The notes: generated from the sequence alone by a model not told the origin. A stretch of 62,718 nucleotides of DNA from an uncultured bacterium (GCA_964445745.1 CAYULU010000004.1:3445-66162); one strand, 5' to 3'; shown: positions 26,400 to 36,390, counted from the stretch's first letter. A program made the numbers and translations.

Positions 26400-26848
26400 G
26401 ATTCTGCCTCCAGCATCGTTTTTCCGTAATGAACCGCCGCCGCAGTCCTGACCGCTTCCGGCGTACAAAGCACCGTATGAATCGCGTCCACTTTCGCAAG
26501 CGAGGCAATCTCGTCCTGCGGAATGACCGCCGTCGGGTCCCCGATCCCGATCACCAGCGTTTTCCCCTGAATTTCGATCGGAATAATCCCGTATTTTTGA
26601 GCGATACTTTGCGGCACCCGGCGGATCGCAGACTCATCAATATGGATATGGGAAAGATCCGCAAAAGGCATCGCATGCCGTTCTGCAAGCGCCTTATAGA
26701 GGAGAAAGCGCGGGATCCGTTGTTTGCGTACCAAGATCTCCCCCACGAACTCATGCGTAAGCTTCTGCTCACTTAGCGCCTCGTCCAGTTGTTTCCAGTC
26801 GATCAACCTTTTTTGAATCAGAATTTCACCGATATGCCAGTTGGCCAT
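26396..26848 (-). CDS. Stand-alone MshEN / T2SSE N-terminal domain protein
   Basis: Two degenerate MshEN motifs (HIGEILIQKRLIDWKQLDEALSEQ; FVGEILVRKQRIPRFLLYKALAER) and a T2SSE_N-like domain (IPIEI..LVIGIGDP); no ATPase domain. Confidence 0.85.
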   Translation of the reverse strand: MANWHIGEILIQKRLIDWKQLDEALSEQKLTHEFVGEILVRKQRIPRFLLYKALAERHAMPFADLSHIHIDESAIRRVPQSIAQKYGIIPIEIQGKTLVIGIGDPTAVIPQDEIASLAKVDAIHTVLCTPEAVRTAAAVHYGKTMLEAES

Positions 26849-26874
26849 AAGTTTTTTGGGTTACCGTACCTTGT

Positions 26875-27756
26875 TTACCGCGAAAGACCGAGATGAGTAT
26901 AAATTTCCCGGGTGGCCCGCGATTGATTTAAAGTGTAAAAATGAAGTCCCGGAGCGCCTTCTGCGAGGAGCCCCCGACACTGCCGGATCGCGTAATCGAT
27001 GCCAAACCGGAGAATCGAATCCTGGTCATCTCCAAACTTTTCGATGGCCTCCCGGATTTCACGCGGAATTTTCGCCCCGCACATTCTGGAAAATTTTTCA
27101 ATCTGGGGACCATAGGTCACGGGCATGATCCCAGGAACAATCGGGATCTTGATACCTGCCTTCCGTGCCCGTTCAACAAACCGGAAATAATCCCGGTTGT
27201 CGAAAAAAAGCTGTGTATTGATCGCATCCGCTCCCGAGTCCACCTTGATCTTGAGATGTTCAAGATCCCTCTCCAAGTCGCGACATTCGGGATGCCCCTC
27301 GGGATAACCGGCCACCACCAGATCGAAGGCCTGACCATAAACACGGTGGGAGCGGATAAAACTGACCAGCTCCGAGGCATAACGGAACCCGTCAGGGGCG
27401 GGCCGGAATTCGGTTTCCCCCTGCGGCGGGTCCCCCCGGAGTGCGACAATGTTTTCGATATGGGCCTCCGCAAGCTTACCGAGGATCCCCGCAATTTCCC
27501 CACGGGAATGCGCTACGCAGGTCAAATGGGCGGCCGTCTCGATGCCGATCCGGTTTTGAATTTCCGTCACCACCCGGAGCGTGTTGGCCTGGGTGTTTCC
27601 CATCGCGCCGTAAGTAACGGACACAAAAGAAGGCTTCAGTTCCTTAAGCTCGGTGGCTGAAGCATAAAGCTTCTGTTCTCCTTCGGGAGTTTTGGGCGGA
27701 AAGAACTCAAAGGAAATCGCCGGACGACCTGTCTGATAAAAAGAAGAAATTCTCAT
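26875..27756 (-). CDS. metF: 5,10-methylenetetrahydrofolate reductase
   Basis: SFEFFPPKT, FVSVTYGAMG, AHLTC, ALRGDPP, AGYPEGH, TQLFFD, LHFYTLN. Confidence 0.98.
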   Translation of the reverse strand: MRISSFYQTGRPAISFEFFPPKTPEGEQKLYASATELKELKPSFVSVTYGAMGNTQANTLRVVTEIQNRIGIETAAHLTCVAHSRGEIAGILGKLAEAHIENIVALRGDPPQGETEFRPAPDGFRYASELVSFIRSHRVYGQAFDLVVAGYPEGHPECRDLERDLEHLKIKVDSGADAINTQLFFDNRDYFRFVERARKAGIKIPIVPGIMPVTYGPQIEKFSRMCGAKIPREIREAIEKFGDDQDSILRFGIDYAIRQCRGLLAEGAPGLHFYTLNQSRATREIYTHLGLSR

Positions 27757-27768
27757 AAGAAGGAGATT

Positions 27769-28485
27769 TTACCGCAGGAATCCCGATATCCTTAGGAAAT
27801 TTGTAAAAATTTTTTGGGCACTCGATTCGAGTTCGGCGCGAACTCTGGAAAAATCATTTCGAAGCCGGATCGAATCCAGAGCCACCAGGTCCCCATCAAT
27901 TCTCATCCATTCACGTAGCAAGGGTTCACTCATTTCAACGTGTCCTTGTATCCCATAAACCTTTTCGGCAATTTTTACGATCTGGTTTTCACAAAATTTT
28001 CCTCGGGCGAGGCGGGTCATCCCGGATGTAAGGTTAACGGTTTCTCCGTGCAGCTGAAAAACTTTAAATTTCGGCGGTAAGCCCTGAAGGAACGGATCCC
28101 GTGCACCGTCCTCGGTTAATTCTATTTCAAACCACTGCCCGTCGGGGCCGCGAAAACCCGTTTCACAAACAGAGTTACGGGAAACAGTGCCACCCTTCGC
28201 CTTGACGAGAAGTTGCAGTCCCAGACAAATTCCAAGTAAGGGCACGTTTGTCTCCAAACACCGTTTCAGGAAATCGATCTCGTTCAAGATCTTGGGCGTC
28301 CGGTCATTCGCACTGTCAGGACCGCCCAGCACCACCACCGCATCCCCGGGCAATACCACCGGCAGAGGATCTCCTTTATGCAAGTCCACAACCTTAAAAG
28401 AAATTTTCAGCGATTCGGCAAGGGAGGTCAAAAACCCCCCTTCTTCGTGGGTAATATTTTTGATAAAAATAATCTTGTTCTGCAT
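27769..28485 (-). CDS. Type 1 glutamine amidotransferase (GuaA-like, stand-alone)
   Basis: VLGGP, GICLGLQ (Cys nucleophile), FQLHGE, IQGHVE (His-x-Glu). Confidence 0.9.
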   Translation of the reverse strand: MQNKIIFIKNITHEEGGFLTSLAESLKISFKVVDLHKGDPLPVVLPGDAVVVLGGPDSANDRTPKILNEIDFLKRCLETNVPLLGICLGLQLLVKAKGGTVSRNSVCETGFRGPDGQWFEIELTEDGARDPFLQGLPPKFKVFQLHGETVNLTSGMTRLARGKFCENQIVKIAEKVYGIQGHVEMSEPLLREWMRIDGDLVALDSIRLRNDFSRVRAELESSAQKIFTNFLRISGFLR

Positions 28486-28581
28486 CAGGGCACTCTATCA
28501 GGATTTTTGCCGGAGACACCGTCAATGATGCGATCCGGGGTTTCCGGGTTTATCAAACTCGGCACGTCTTCAAACGGTACG

Positions 28582-30087
28582 TTATGATTCGTAAATTTTC
28601 CCAAGGATCTCATCAACTGTTGTTGCATCTTCGGGGAACGCCGCGATACTCGAGTGTATCTCGATTCGCGATTCCCCCTTGATCGTTGAAATATAATCTT
28701 CAAGAATCTGGTAGAGACGCCCCAGAACAATATAAGCATTTTCCTTTTTAGTATCGGGCAGTAGCACCAGGATCGCCTTCCTGTCCTTGATCGCAAGGTC
28801 TGCCGCACGTCGCAAATTTTCATTAATCATGGTTTCCATTTTCAAAACAGCGGCCTGAAGTAGCGGCTCCCCCAGGTTTGATTTTAGCGCTTCAAAATCC
28901 ACCAAGTCAAAAATGATCAGGGAAAGCGTCCCTCCTTCTTCGACACATCGCCCGAGAGCCAGGTTGATTTGCTCCCGGAAAACTTCCCGAGAAGTGTACA
29001 TGGGAAAAAGCAGGGTCACGGTAGTCCCTTGAAGAGGGTAGCTGTCGATCGTAATACTTCCATGGTGAAGTTCGACCAGTTTTTTACAAATGGGTAATCC
29101 CAATCCCGTACCTTTAATTCCGGGACCCGCCACGCGTTGGAACTGGCGGAATTTTTCGAATACTCTGGGGAGATCTTCGCCTGAAATTCCCCTCCCGGTA
29201 TCCGCTACCTTGCATTCCACAAATCCTTCTACCTCGCGAATGGAAACTTTGACCCGTCCTTCAGTCGTAAATTTGATCGCATTGCTTATGAGATTGGTCA
29301 GGATCTGGACAAATTTATCACGATCCAGATAGACTTCCACCCGATCCCCGGAAGTCTCCACCCCGAGCTCGATCCCTTTGGCGGTGGCCACCCCTTCGAA
29401 ACTCCGGATCATTTCACGAACTATTTCCGGCATATTGCAAAGGACCCGGTGGAGCTGAACCTGAGCGGATTCAAGTCTGGAGACATCCAGGAGATCATTG
29501 ATGATCTTCGCCAGGCGGTCAATCCCCTGGAGAATCATGGTGAGAATCTCTTTTTGAGCCGGCAAAATTTTACCTGCCAGACCGTCATAGATCTGGGAGG
29601 CCCCTTCGCGGATCACAGTCAGCGGGGTTCTCAACTCGTGAGAAACCGTTCCGATAAATTCATCCTTGAGTTCTTCATACTGCTTTCGCTTTGTGATGTC
29701 GTGAAAAATTCCGCGTATTAAAACCTTCCCGTCTTGGGCGGAAAAAAGGCCCAGGTTCCCTTCGACAAGAATCTCCCGATTGGATCGCGTCATCAGGGTC
29801 ATGGAGATTGTACGCGGGGATTCCCCGTTCAAGATCCCGGTAACCGCCTTCCGAAACTCACCGTGTTGCCGGGAATGAATCACGCTATAAATCGAATCCG
29901 GCAGAAGAGCGTCTTCCAGACGTTCGAGAGTCTTGCGCCAGGAAGGATTCACCTCAAGAAGCTGTCCTTCGGGAGTGAATAGCTGAATCAAGTCGTAAGA
30001 GTTTTCAAAAAGGTCAGCGCCTTTGAGGGCACATTCCCAGCCAGGTTGAGCTCCCTCGGAATGGTTAAATTGACGGGCCATGGACAT
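28582..30087 (-). CDS. PAS sensor histidine kinase with C-terminal degenerate GGDEF-fold domain
   Basis: PAS (VNPSWRK..FHDITKRK), H-box VSHELRTPLT, N-box NLISNAIKFT, DTGRGI, GTGLGL; C-terminal LSLIIFDLVDF..LRRAAD..ILVLLPDT..SIAAFPED. Confidence 0.9.
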   Translation of the reverse strand: MSMARQFNHSEGAQPGWECALKGADLFENSYDLIQLFTPEGQLLEVNPSWRKTLERLEDALLPDSIYSVIHSRQHGEFRKAVTGILNGESPRTISMTLMTRSNREILVEGNLGLFSAQDGKVLIRGIFHDITKRKQYEELKDEFIGTVSHELRTPLTVIREGASQIYDGLAGKILPAQKEILTMILQGIDRLAKIINDLLDVSRLESAQVQLHRVLCNMPEIVREMIRSFEGVATAKGIELGVETSGDRVEVYLDRDKFVQILTNLISNAIKFTTEGRVKVSIREVEGFVECKVADTGRGISGEDLPRVFEKFRQFQRVAGPGIKGTGLGLPICKKLVELHHGSITIDSYPLQGTTVTLLFPMYTSREVFREQINLALGRCVEEGGTLSLIIFDLVDFEALKSNLGEPLLQAAVLKMETMINENLRRAADLAIKDRKAILVLLPDTKKENAYIVLGRLYQILEDYISTIKGESRIEIHSSIAAFPEDATTVDEILGKIYES

Positions 30088-30161
30088 TCCTTATCCTCTC
30101 AAAGATTTGTCGGGGCACTGAACTCCAAGCAACATGACATTTTTTCTTTTTTCAAAAGGTC

Positions 30162-31406
30162 TCACACAATCAGAGGATCGGGTAGAGGAACGATAAACTG
30201 AACGCCTTTTTCTTTCAGAAATTCTATTTTTTTTATAATTTCGGGCGCAAAGTTCCAGGCGAAGATGAGAACGTAATGAGTCGGCAACTCGCGAAGGTGC
30301 GAACTCGGAACAATCGGAATTCCGGAACCCGGCACCAACCTTCCTTGTTTCAGGGGATTGTCGTCCACAATATAGTCAATCGTCGCTGGCGTAAGGCCGC
30401 AAAAATTGATGATCGTCGTCGCCTTCGCGGGGGCGCCATAGCCGCAAACAGTTTTTCCGCTCCGTTTGATGTCCGACAACATATCATTGAGTTTCGACCG
30501 GAACGCAAGGACCCTCGTCGAAAAATCCTGGTAGACCCTGTCCCCGAGACAACCTTTCTCCGATTCGGCCGCAAGGTAATCCCCCACAACCTTTTCCCGT
30601 GTTCTCGGCCCGCCTTTTTTCTGCATAAAAACACGAAGTGATCCCCCGTGCGTGTTGACAGCTTTAATGTCAAAAAGCTCCATCCCAAACCGCTCCGCAA
30701 ATCGGTCGAGCGCCGTCACACCGATATAACAAACGTGCTCATGGTAGACCATGTCAAAATACATTTTTTCGAGCATGGTCACAAGGTAGGCAAATTCGAT
30801 GACAAAAAAACCATCGTCCGCGATCAGTTCGCGGACATTACGAATCACCGACTGGATATCATCGATATGAGCAAAAACATTATTCGCGCTCACAACCTGG
30901 GCCTTACCAAACCGGGTCGTAATCTCATTGACCGTCTCTAAATCAAAATAGCGGTTCAACGTCACAACGCCCCGCCGGTTGGCGTCGGCCGCAAGGTTTT
31001 TTGCGGGTTCCACGCCGACCCCTTTCAGGCCGCACTTTTCGTAGCAAGAAACCAGAAGGCCGTCATTACTGCCGATGTCCACCGCAAGCATGTTTTTTCT
31101 GGATCCGATTCGCGATTTCACATCCTCGGCATATTCCGCAAAGTGCGTACGAAACGTCTGGGTGGTCGAACTCACATAGAGATATTCATCAAACATCAGG
31201 TTCGCGGGAACAGAATGGGTCAGTTGAACCAGGGCGCAAGCCGGACATTTGACGAGAGAAAGAGGACAGCGAAACTCAGTTTTCCCGGAATCATCCCTGC
31301 GCGGAAGGTTGTTGGCAAGCGGTTGCAAACCAAGATCCAGGAAGGCACTCCCTAATGGGGTATCACAGTATCGACATGTTTTTCGCTGATATAAATTATG
31401 TTCCAT
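30162..31406 (-). CDS. SAM-dependent NDP-sugar C-methyltransferase family protein
   Basis: Zn-binding CRYC..CPAC, LDLGLQPLAN, DIGSNDG, NNVFAHIDD, YHEH, YGAPAK, VDDNPLKQG. Confidence 0.92.
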   Translation of the reverse strand: MEHNLYQRKTCRYCDTPLGSAFLDLGLQPLANNLPRRDDSGKTEFRCPLSLVKCPACALVQLTHSVPANLMFDEYLYVSSTTQTFRTHFAEYAEDVKSRIGSRKNMLAVDIGSNDGLLVSCYEKCGLKGVGVEPAKNLAADANRRGVVTLNRYFDLETVNEITTRFGKAQVVSANNVFAHIDDIQSVIRNVRELIADDGFFVIEFAYLVTMLEKMYFDMVYHEHVCYIGVTALDRFAERFGMELFDIKAVNTHGGSLRVFMQKKGGPRTREKVVGDYLAAESEKGCLGDRVYQDFSTRVLAFRSKLNDMLSDIKRSGKTVCGYGAPAKATTIINFCGLTPATIDYIVDDNPLKQGRLVPGSGIPIVPSSHLRELPTHYVLIFAWNFAPEIIKKIEFLKEKGVQFIVPLPDPLIV

Positions 31407-31411
31407 AGTAT

Positions 31412-32137
31412 CTACGCCGCCGGCGGAGGATAAATGCCGGTAATCTTTCCGTGACGGATAACAATATGTCCACCGGAAAGCAATTCGATCTTCCCCCTGA
31501 TGACCCGGTCAATTACGTCCGCGACAAAACCGGCCCCCTGCTGGCGCTCAGAGTCCTCTCGTCCGAAGAGATCCGCGCGCATTTTGGTATTCATTCCTCC
31601 GGGACAAACAGTCACACACTTGAGATTGCCATCGTTTTCTTTTGCGATCGTTTGCGAAAGAGCAAGCACCCCAAACTTAACGGCCGAGTACGAAAAAAGT
31701 CTCGGCACCGCACGTGTACCAGCCATGGAAGAAATGTTGATAATCAGCGGCCGGGCAACGGTTTTCATCAACGGGATGAAATACTTACACATTAAAAACG
31801 CAGAAACAAGATTTTGCCGAAAGTGTTTTGTAAGGTCCTGCACCGAAGTTTCTTCGACACGCATAAGCCGCCCGCAGTAGCCAGCGTTATTGATCAAAAC
31901 ATCCACGCGAGGAAAGTTTCTTTTAATCTTTCGAACCAACGACACAACACCACTCTCGGACGCAACATCGCATTGCATAAGCCGAAATTTTTTGGACGGC
32001 TCGCAAAGACGGGCCTCAGCCCAGTATTTTCGGGTGCGGCTGATCCCGAAAACAGTATCTCCGGTCGCGATAAATTTTTTTGCTAACTCAAGGCCCAACC
32101 CGCGACTGGCACCGGTAATAACAACTATTTTATTCAT
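31412..32137 (-). CDS. Short-chain dehydrogenase/reductase
   Basis: TGASRGLG, NNAG, NISSMAG, YSAVK. Confidence 0.92.
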   Translation of the reverse strand: MNKIVVITGASRGLGLELAKKFIATGDTVFGISRTRKYWAEARLCEPSKKFRLMQCDVASESGVVSLVRKIKRNFPRVDVLINNAGYCGRLMRVEETSVQDLTKHFRQNLVSAFLMCKYFIPLMKTVARPLIINISSMAGTRAVPRLFSYSAVKFGVLALSQTIAKENDGNLKCVTVCPGGMNTKMRADLFGREDSERQQGAGFVADVIDRVIRGKIELLSGGHIVIRHGKITGIYPPPAA

Positions 32138-32230
32138 AGTGAAAGGCCCAACCTCCCGACCTAAAAATCCGGGATTGCTTTGTTGTATTAATCTAAAAGG
32201 TTTTTGCTTATCGCGACTTCGTGATAGAAC

Positions 32231-32644
32231 TTATCGGGTTTTTAATTCTTTGTTGAGGTACCCGTCGATCACGGCGAAAGCGATGGTGTCTTCTTCATAC
32301 TTTCCCTCTTCGCGCATCCGTGTGGTTAACGAGAGAAAAACGGAATCTTCCGTGAATTTCTGCGCATGTGCGACCATCGGCGGTGTTTTAACGATGTCGC
32401 CAGCCTTCACCTTCAGCACCTGTTTCCTGGAAGGATCCTCGACCGGACAACAGTGGGTTTCATAGGCCCCGCTGATCAAGTACATGTACTGGATATCTTT
32501 TTTATGATAATGATTTGCCCGGACGGATCCTTTCTTAGAGGTAATGTAGGCAACGTGGCCAATATCCCCTTCAAAAACGTTGAAGATTTCTCCTCGAGCA
32601 TCAACAAACGCAGGGTCGACATGCTTAATGGTTTCTAATTCCAT
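32231..32644 (-). CDS. Cupin-domain sugar epimerase/isomerase-like protein (RmlC/WxcM-like)
   Basis: DARGEI, RANHYH cupin motif 1, PPMVAH motif 2; located in a sugar operon. Confidence 0.75.
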   Translation of the reverse strand: MELETIKHVDPAFVDARGEIFNVFEGDIGHVAYITSKKGSVRANHYHKKDIQYMYLISGAYETHCCPVEDPSRKQVLKVKAGDIVKTPPMVAHAQKFTEDSVFLSLTTRMREEGKYEEDTIAFAVIDGYLNKELKTR

Positions 32645-32752
32645 GATAGGTTCCTTTCTTAGATTAGCTTTAACGGGGCAACGTCTTATGGAAAGCGTGG
32701 AACGAAACCCTCGATCCGAAAAATATTCCCCTTTCCTCGTTTCCCAGTATTT

Positions 32753-33838
32753 TTAAAACTCCTGAAACCAGGCAATCGTACGCCTCAACCCCTCTTCAAG
32801 ACCATATCGGGGCTGATAGCCGGTCACCGTGGAAAGTTTGGTAATGTCAGGGCACCGGCGTTTCGGATCACTCTTGGCATAGACCGCATGGGGCGGATCG
32901 ATATTCACGATCTCCACCGGATACGACATAGCTTTTTGGACGTAACGCGCCAGTTCCTGGATTGAGATTTCGGGCTCAGGGTTTCCCAAGTTGAAAGCTT
33001 CACCGTTAGCCTCACTGAAGAGAACTCGGAAAAGCGCTTCAACCCCATCATTGATGTAACAAAAAGACCGCGTGTTCCGACCGTCCCCGTGAATCGGCAA
33101 CGGCTCCTTGCGCAATGCGTGCTCAATAAAATTGGGTAGCACACGATAATCGTCCGGACGGATTCCCGGGCCATAAACGTTAAAAGGCCGTACCATTTTC
33201 ACCGGAGTCTCGTACACGTTCCAGAAAGCCGAGCACATGGTTTCACCGTACCGTTTTGATTCGTCATAGCAGGCTCGAGGTCCAATAACCGCCACGTTAC
33301 CGCGATATTCCTCCCGGGTCGGAACATGCTGGCTGTCCGGATCTCCGTAAACTTCACTCGAACTGGTAAAAAGAAAACTTTTCACTTTTTTCTCACGGGC
33401 AAGTTCAAGCATATTCCGGGTTCCGATTGTACCCACATCCATGGTTTCAATCGGATACTTGGTGTAATAGACCGGGGAGGCAATCCCCGCGGCATGAATA
33501 ATGTAATCCACTTTTTCATCCAACCTTACTGGCTCAATGACATTTTGCCGGCGGAAAACAATATTTTCATCCGAAATAATTTGTTGCTCATAGCCCGTGA
33601 TGAAGTTATCAAGAAGGATTGCCTTGAGCTTTTTGTGATGGAGATGGTGTTGGTTCATATGACGCAGAAGAAGCGTAATGTAATTTCCGAGAAATCCCCC
33701 CGCTCCGGTCACAAGGAAAGTGCTATCCTCGAAGTGTTTATGATAAGGCTTCAGGCTTTTTGCTAACTGCGTGATATCTTCCTGGATAATTTTGGATTCA
33801 TAAAGACGCTTTTTCGATTTATCGGTCACTGCATCCAC
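32753..33838 (-). CDS. NAD-dependent epimerase/dehydratase, UDP-glucuronate decarboxylase-like
   Basis: TGAGGFLG, HAAGIASP, SSSEVYGDP, RACYDESKR, RPFNVYGP, TRSFCYI, DPKRRCPDI. Confidence 0.88.
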   Translation of the reverse strand: MDAVTDKSKKRLYESKIIQEDITQLAKSLKPYHKHFEDSTFLVTGAGGFLGNYITLLLRHMNQHHLHHKKLKAILLDNFITGYEQQIISDENIVFRRQNVIEPVRLDEKVDYIIHAAGIASPVYYTKYPIETMDVGTIGTRNMLELAREKKVKSFLFTSSSEVYGDPDSQHVPTREEYRGNVAVIGPRACYDESKRYGETMCSAFWNVYETPVKMVRPFNVYGPGIRPDDYRVLPNFIEHALRKEPLPIHGDGRNTRSFCYINDGVEALFRVLFSEANGEAFNLGNPEPEISIQELARYVQKAMSYPVEIVNIDPPHAVYAKSDPKRRCPDITKLSTVTGYQPRYGLEEGLRRTIAWFQEF

Positions 33839-33960
33839 CTCTCTCGAATCGTCGTTATTATTTGTTCTACTGGCTATCGTTGGGGAAACCCGTACAGTTT
33901 CTCAGCTAAGAAAAGAGTTGTGATTATAGCCTAAATCGTGTAGAAGAACGAAATAAAATT

Positions 33961-35226
33961 ATGCGACACATCCAGCAAATCATCGAATATTTTCTTCGAA
34001 AAAAGTGGCTCGGGGTTCTTCTCATCATTCTCCTTGTATCGGGGATCGGTATTTCCACCATTTACCGCGGGGCATTCAGCCCGAAACAGAGAACGGATCT
34101 TGCCGTTTTCCTCAAAGCGGCAGAGATGGTTCATGAAGGACGCGCAGACCACATCTACGGGATCGAAACCAAACGGAACTGGCATTATGTCTATACGCCG
34201 CTACTCGCAATTTTGATCGCACCCGCAGCAAAACTCCCGTTCATCATTCCCGTCACAATCCATTACGCTATGTCGCTGGCGGGTCTTGCAATCGTTTTCT
34301 TTCTCTCGCTGAGGTTTACATCCGACAGAAAAAACGCGGCTTGGCAAATCGTTCTCTCCTCTCTCCTTTGCATTCCTGTTTTTCTGAATACTCTGACCCG
34401 TGGACAGCTCGGTATCCTCATGCTTTTTTTTCAGGGAGCGATCTTTTTTTCTTATTTAAAAAATTACAAAGTTTTGGCCGGATTTCTGCTGGCATTTGCA
34501 GTCAGCCTCAAAACCAGCCCGCTTGCCGTCCTTTTCGTTTATTTTTTATTCCGCAAAGAGTGGACCCTTTTGCTAAGTGCCGCTCTTGGGTTTGTTTTTT
34601 TCATGATCCTTTATCCGTCCGTCATGATCGGGTTTGAAGAAAACTGGAAACTGCTAACTATCTGGCAGGGCCTCATGAAGGAAGGATCATCAATTGAAGC
34701 GTATAAAAATTATTTATGGCCAGAGCTCTTCACGCCTTTCGCGGCCGACAATCAGTCTTTCTATGCAGTCCTGACCCGTTTTTACTGGCGGGGAGAATCA
34801 GACTTTATTGCCAATCCTTCCCATTGGGTGCGGTGGATCTCCGTATCAACAGGGATCATCGCCATCCTCTTGCTTTTTGTAAAAAATATGCGTTCGAATC
34901 CAAAATCCGGAGAGGAGACACCGATCGAGGACAAACTGTCCGAATTTTCACTTTATCCCGTAGGGATGCTCCTTTTTTCTCCCGTCACGCAAATTCATCA
35001 TTATACCTCTCTCTACTTCATGTTCCTTGCCGTCTTTTTTCTTTGGAACCGAAAAAAAACATGGCTTCCGCTCGCCGGCGTCTTCTGCTCCGCGTCTTTG
35101 TTCCTGCTGGGTCTGATGATCGAGCCTCTTGCCTACTGGGGCTTTCCGATGTGGGGTGCTTTTATTCTGTGGGGAATTCTTTTATCCTGCCCGGCTCCCT
35201 CCATGAAGAATTCCGGCGGAGCGTGA
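33961..35226 (+). CDS. GT87/DUF2029-like membrane glycosyltransferase (GT-C)
   Basis: Multi-TM protein; DLAVF, YVYTP, GQLGIL, LKTSP, NQS, LFSP..QIHHY motifs. Confidence 0.8.
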   Translation: MRHIQQIIEYFLRKKWLGVLLIILLVSGIGISTIYRGAFSPKQRTDLAVFLKAAEMVHEGRADHIYGIETKRNWHYVYTPLLAILIAPAAKLPFIIPVTIHYAMSLAGLAIVFFLSLRFTSDRKNAAWQIVLSSLLCIPVFLNTLTRGQLGILMLFFQGAIFFSYLKNYKVLAGFLLAFAVSLKTSPLAVLFVYFLFRKEWTLLLSAALGFVFFMILYPSVMIGFEENWKLLTIWQGLMKEGSSIEAYKNYLWPELFTPFAADNQSFYAVLTRFYWRGESDFIANPSHWVRWISVSTGIIAILLLFVKNMRSNPKSGEETPIEDKLSEFSLYPVGMLLFSPVTQIHHYTSLYFMFLAVFFLWNRKKTWLPLAGVFCSASLFLLGLMIEPLAYWGFPMWGAFILWGILLSCPAPSMKNSGGA

Positions 35227-36318
35227 AATATTTTTCCCAAATGTGAAATGAGGCGAGTCACCCCATTCGTTATATCCGGGCTCGGCTCCCATGGCACGAA
35301 TCCGCCGATCAAGGCAGTGGGAACATTGGCGGGAATTTTCATTCAGGCAAGGTTTACCCGCATAAAGCTGATACTGCGCGCGATATTTCACCGGCGTCAT
35401 ATTCGGCATAATGATATTAGCACCAGCTAGAACCCCCTGTTCCCGGCCTTCATCATCGATCGCCTGGAGTGCCGTCGCTGCCACCATATTTACATTTTTA
35501 AGATGAATCCGGGTGAGTGCCGTCATCACCAGTCCAAGCCGCAACTGTTCTTCTGCATCATACCTAAACCCGTTCAATCCCGGACATCGGATCCCCGTGC
35601 TAACCTCCGGCATTAAATCAGGCTGACCCGCTAATGGAGTATCAGCATGCGGGATATAAGGTCCCATCCCAATCATATCGATATCTTCTCTCTCGAAAAA
35701 GAAAATATCGTTCACAAGATCCTCACGGGTCTGGCCCGGAAGCCCGATCATCACGCCGGTACCCGTCTGGTAGCCAATTCGCTTCAGTGCGCGTAGACAA
35801 TCGAGTCTTTCTCTAAACGAATGATCACCGGGATGGATTTTGTGATACAGTGCGGGGTTACTGGTTTCAATCCTCAGAAGATAGCGATGAGCACCCGCTT
35901 TAAACCATCTTTCGTAAGTCTCAGGTGTCTGTTCACCAAGAGAAAGCGTAATCCCGAGCCGTCCATCACTCAACGCTTTCATTCCGCGAACCACCTCTTC
36001 GATGAAACCGGTATAGTCCTCCCCCTGGCGCTCTCCAGCCTGCAGGACGACAGAACCGTAATTCATTTCAAACGCCTGGCGGGTACAGGTTAAAATTTCT
36101 TCCATCGTCATGGCATACCGCGTTACGTTTGGATTCCCGCCACGGATCCCGCAGTAGTAGCAGTTTTTTGAGCACACATTGCTCAGCTCAATCAGCCCAC
36201 GAAAATAGACCTTCGTCCCCACGTATTCAATCGCACACGCACGGGCCTTTTTAAACAGCCCGTCGAGCTGCCTCGGATCTTTTTCATCAAGCCAATGGAG
36301 CATTTCCTTTTTTTTCAT
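35182..36318 (-). CDS. hydE: [FeFe]-hydrogenase maturase HydE (radical SAM)
   Basis: RGLIELSNVCSKNCYYC, RYLLRIET, GTGVMIGLPGQT, GANIIMPN, YQLYAGKPC-x7-CxxC; operon context. Confidence 0.95.
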   Translation of the reverse strand: MKKKEMLHWLDEKDPRQLDGLFKKARACAIEYVGTKVYFRGLIELSNVCSKNCYYCGIRGGNPNVTRYAMTMEEILTCTRQAFEMNYGSVVLQAGERQGEDYTGFIEEVVRGMKALSDGRLGITLSLGEQTPETYERWFKAGAHRYLLRIETSNPALYHKIHPGDHSFRERLDCLRALKRIGYQTGTGVMIGLPGQTREDLVNDIFFFEREDIDMIGMGPYIPHADTPLAGQPDLMPEVSTGIRCPGLNGFRYDAEEQLRLGLVMTALTRIHLKNVNMVAATALQAIDDEGREQGVLAGANIIMPNMTPVKYRAQYQLYAGKPCLNENSRQCSHCLDRRIRAMGAEPGYNEWGDSPHFTFGKNISRSAGILHGGSRAG

Positions 36319-36390
36319 AAATAGTTGAAAGCGCAACGGTCAACACACAGCCCCCGATAAACTCGTCGCCCTTGGACCCTGTGCATTGCG

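Noticed and set aside
27757-27768. SAM riboswitch before metF
   Set aside because: metF is 12 nt from the upstream gene, so there is no leader.
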